This document shows positions 58,101 to 64,000 of a DNA stretch of 64,000 nucleotides, piece after piece. The notes below the pieces were generated by a model. The model made no database searches, was not told where the DNA came from, and saw only the letters and a list, made by a program, of their open reading frames with translations. Each line of letters begins with the position of its first letter. Position 1 is the first letter of the stretch. The translations under genes and the position numbers were made by a program. Source of the stretch: Protoeuglena noctilucae (taxonomy: Eukaryota); the NCBI GenBank assembly GCA_958009085.1, contig OY253680.1, positions 930,001 through 994,000 of the forward strand, written 5' to 3'.

Positions 58101-61100
58101 CCCGCCACGGCGTCCAGCCAATCCGCCTGTGCCTCGGGGGTCGTGTGCGCGGGTACTCCCTCAGGTGCATCCGCCAACGCCGGCAGGCACGCCCCCACGA
58201 GCGCCGCCCACTCGACCCCCGACTCGAGCACCCCCCGGCACACCAGGTACGCCCGGGACAGGCACGACGCGGCCAGCGACGCACGGGCGTCCGCAACGCC
58301 CTCCGCCTGCGCACCCAGTGCGTCCCCCAGCCACGCCCGCGCCACCTCGGCCACCCCCGCCGCGCACTGCCCCAGCAGCCCCGCCCCCACCGCCGCCTGT
58401 AACGCCACCGCGTAGCGCTCCCCCTCCTCCGCCGCCGCCCCTGCCCTCGCCGCCCCCCTCAGGCACCGCATCTGCTGCTCCTCCTCCCCCAGCAGCGCCC
58501 CCAGCAGCGCCACCGCCCTCTCCGCGTGGCCGCGGGGGCCGTACTGCCGGCGGAAGGCGCGCGAGGCAGCCCCCGCCGCCGCTCCCATCCACGCCCGCAG
58601 TCCCTCCACCCCCGGTCGCGGCCGCCCTGCCCCGCCCTCCCCGCCCCCCCACAGCCCCACCGATGCCGCGTGCAGCATGCACACGCGCGCCACCCGCGCC
58701 GCCTCCCCCGCCCACGCCCCCACCTCCCCCGCCCCCACCGCCTGCGCCTCTCCTTGCTTACTCGTCGCACCCCCCTCCCCCAGGTACGCATCCACCATCT
58801 CCCTCACCGCCGCCTCCAGGAACGGCACTGGGCCTGCCCTGCTGTCACTTGCTTCCTCGTCTGGTCCCGACAGCCAAGCCAGGGTCCAGGCCAGGACGGG
58901 GTTGGACGCCCCGGGGAAGAGGGGAGGGTGCTCTGGGGGTGGGAAGCCTGGCCCGCGGCCGTCGCACTGGGTGAGGGAGACGGCGCGGGGGGTGAAGAGG
59001 GGCGAGAGGGCCTCGAGGGGGAGAGCGGCGACCAGGCGCAGGGCCCGGGGGAGCAGGGCGCGGGTGGGGCGCACGGCCAGGCGGAGGGTGGCGGCGACGT
59101 GGGCGAGGAGTTTGTGGCGGACCACGGGGCCAGGCACGCGGTTGACTGCGGGGAGAGGAAGGACGAGTGAGTTACAGAACATGGGATGCACAGGGGTGGG
59201 ATGGCATACCCGGCAGCGCGTCTCACCGAGTGCCACGGCGTCGGTGAGGCGGGCGACGATGGCTGACGACAACGCGGGGGGCGCGAGTGGGGGTGCCGCC
59301 CCCCTGCTGACCCCGGCAGCCACGGCGCTGGCGGACCCCAGGCACGCGGCCAAAGCGACGCGGGACACCTGCGGAGTCGAGAAGGCGAGTTTGGCGCTGT
59401 CAGCCAGGGCTGGTTGCCAAGAGCCACAGCGCCTGTTCTCACGCCACCCCTCGCCTGTGACTTCGTGAGTGCCCCATCCAGGATGGCCCCCACCAGGACC
59501 AGGGCGTCTTCAGGGTCCATGGATGCGGCGCGGCGGGTGAGGAAGGCAGTCGCAGCATCTCCCTCCGCCCCCTCCCAGGGCGACTGCTCCGACTGCGCGG
59601 GCCCGGCAGCGCTCGTGGGGCGGGCGAGGGCGGGGGCCAAGTGTTTGGAGACGAAGGGGGCGGGGACGGCCGCCAGTCGCTCGGGTGTCCACTCCACCTC
59701 TTGCAGAAAGCTCCCCAGCGCCATCTTGACCACCCCGACGTTGCGGTGCTGGAAGGCGCGCGCGTAGAGCACCAGCGCCCACGCGGGCGTCAGCCGGCCC
59801 TCGACCTTGGCCCACACCGTGTCCACCTCCGTGGCAGCTCCCTTCTCCTCAGCAGCTCCCTCAAGAGTGGCAACCCCCACTTGGCTAGCACCCTCCCCCG
59901 GGAACACGGCGGGCATGTCCTTCCACGCGTGCTCCACCAGCTGCAGCGAGAAGTCCTCCAGCGCCCCCAGCACCGACTGGAAGGCCGCCCAGGGGCGGTG
60001 GGTGCGGGAGTGGCCAATCGGCACCGCCAGGCCCAGGACGTGGGCGGCGCGCTTGCGAACAAGCGTGTCGTCGCTCGCCAGTGCGGCCGGCAGCAGCGCC
60101 CACAAAGCGGGGTCGTTGCGGGCGTCCACGGGGCCGCGGCCGTCGGGGGGCAGCAGGTGCGTGCCCAGCTGCGTCAGCACTGACAGACCCAGCGCGGCCG
60201 CTGCCGGGCCCGGCAAGGACGTGGGCGGACCCCGCATTGAGCCCTCTCCCTCCCCCTCGCCCGCCGCCGCCACCTCTGCTCCCTCCCCTGCTACCCCGTC
60301 GCCGGGCGCCCACAGCGCACCCGCCCGCACGGCCGCCTCGAGCAGCCCCAGCGCCGCCGCCAGCCCCCCTCGCAGGTAGCTCCCCAGGCACTCGGCCGAC
60401 GGGGCGTCGTCAGCGCCCGCCAGCGCCGCCACGGTCGGCAGCACCCCCGCCTGCAGCACGCGCCTGGCCAGGTCCTCGCCGCCCGCGCCCGCGACGCAAG
60501 CCATTGCGGGAGACTCGAACGCAGACGCCGTCCCCACCAGCGCCGCCGCCTCCCTTGCCCGCCCCGCGCCCTGCAGCGCCGCCTGGTGCAGCAGCAGCGC
60601 CACATCCTCGTGCCAGCCAACAGACGCGTCCCCCACCGCCTCGGGCAGCGGGCGGCGCGGACCAGCAGCAAACTCCTTCGCCAAAGCCTCTGCGCCAGTG
60701 TCACTGCCACCCGCCCGCTCCCCCGCCCGGTCTCTCTGCGCCATCCGCACCCGCAGCGCCGCCGCAGCCGCGGCCGACACCTCGGGTGCGGCGGTGTACC
60801 CGTCCGTGGAAGTGGAGCCCATCGCTCCCACAAGCACCCGCAGCGCCGCATCCCGAGCCGAGAGGGACAGCCCAGGGCCCGCGACGGTGGGGATGACCAC
60901 GCATGCCACCAAGTGCGGCACCGATGCGGCCGGCAGGCCCGATTCCTCCACGCCCGCTGCCATCAGGGCGCCCAGGCAGGCCACGCGGACGCGACGGCGG
61001 TCTTCCTCACTGAGTCCGGGCCTGCACGCGTCCGAGGCGGCCTCCTGCGCCACCCGGACCATGCCCTCCGCATCGCCTGCCCCTGCTGCGCCGGAAAGGC

Positions 61101-61182
61101 ATGCCCGCGCCACGGCGGCCCAAGAGGACGGCTCCAGACCCTCCAAAGCCTCGCCGAGGACCACCCATCGATCCAAAAGCAT
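55156..61182 (-). CDS. TRM3: tRNA (guanosine-18 2'-O)-methyltransferase TRM3/TARBP1, with an apparent 1-nt frameshift near 55782
   Basis: C-terminal SpoU domain (VVVASLVDKVPNQAGLSRTCEV, GLEQT, LVLGHERHGIP, CVEIPQVGLVRSLNVHVSGA) and a long helical N-terminal body containing HRGKVRLWQAL. Confidence 0.88.
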
Positions 61183-61505
61183 GGCGGCTCACAAATCGGC
61201 CAAGGGCGGGTCCCTGTGCAAATTAGGGCGCCCCGCGGCGCGCCGGGAACCAAGTGACGGCACCGCCACGTGTCCGATGACTCACTCGCTTTTACCTGTG
61301 TCCGCAGCTGCAAGAGCTGGGGCGCAATCGCCGCCGGCACGCACGTTTTCCTGCAGTCAGCCAGAACGCGGGCAAGCACTTGCTGGAGGGAGACCCGTCG
61401 GCGCTGAGAATTCGTGCATCGTCGGGTACGACACACAAGCTGTAGTAGCTGGGCCAACCATTGCAGCGCAACAACAGGCACACGCAAGGGAGTCCTAAAG
61501 TTCTC

Positions 61506-63752
<2,247 letters not shown>

Positions 63753-63837
63753 TAGTGAGTTCAACACGGCCAGCTTCTCTAACAAAGGGCGTTAGGCGCC
63801 CCTTAGGCACCCTGCCCTGCCTTGAATCGCCAGCGCC

Positions 63838-63876
63838 TCAGAGCTCCTCGGAGAAGACCGACCCAAAGGCGTAGTA
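63838..63876 (-). CDS. Probable terminal exon (YYAFGSVFSEEL*) of a gene entering from beyond the window end
   Basis: A pyrimidine-rich acceptor cccccgcag is followed by 12 codons and TGA. Too short to identify. Confidence 0.35.
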   Translation of the reverse strand, partial: YYAFGSVFSEEL

Positions 63877-64000
63877 CTGCGGGGGCGGGGCAGTGCAGGA
63901 AGGGTGTCAGGCCCAGCCAGGTCATCCCCCATGCATCATCTGCCCCTTCACTCCGCTCCCCTCGCCTTGTTGAGTGCGTCGGCCATGCCCCCGCACAGTC

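Noticed and set aside
54432..61257. Many long overlapping or antisense ORFs (e.g. 52748-54586 -, 56608-58071 +, 56885-58402 +)
   Set aside because: Expected shadows of very GC-rich coding DNA with few stop codons. The translations are low-complexity Pro/Arg/Ala with no recognisable motifs.

Overview
Gene-dense, GC-rich, intron-rich eukaryotic nuclear DNA, most likely from a chlorophyte green alga (inferred from plastid transit-like N-termini and plastid-type genes). No rRNA, tRNA, CRISPR array or transposase was seen. About 16 spliced genes were reconstructed by hand, so coordinates span introns and some starts are uncertain. In order: LPA3/DUF1995 (-, runs off the left edge), MCM10 (+), Spinster-type MFS transporter (-), a large RCC1/EF-hand-like/TPR protein (+, with a 200-N gap in an intron), DEAH splicing helicase DHX16/PRP2 (+), plastid-type phosphoglucomutase (+), glutathione synthetase (-), a peroxiredoxin-like 2/SelU-family CxxC protein (-), an acidic hypothetical protein (+), a GT-B glycosyltransferase (-), an MCRS1-type FHA protein (+), an EamA transporter (-), a ZNFX1-like SF1 helicase with NF-X1, RING-like and RZ zinc fingers (-), a DYRK/HIPK-like kinase (+), TRM3/TARBP1 (-) and a TRF4/PAPD5 poly(A) polymerase (+). 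Most notable observations: (1) AG|GCGAG GC-AG introns are unusually common; (2) exon ends and splice sites are repeatedly duplicated into neighbouring introns; (3) a G-rich-donor/C-rich-acceptor skew wave follows the splice sites; (4) a complete ZNFX1-type helicase-E3 architecture; (5) an apparent KANSL2/INO80D-MCRS1 fusion; (6) a kinase ending in a CENP-C-like RxxxxPxxWW motif; (7) a 1-nt frameshift in TRM3. Family assignments come from motif recall, not database searches.
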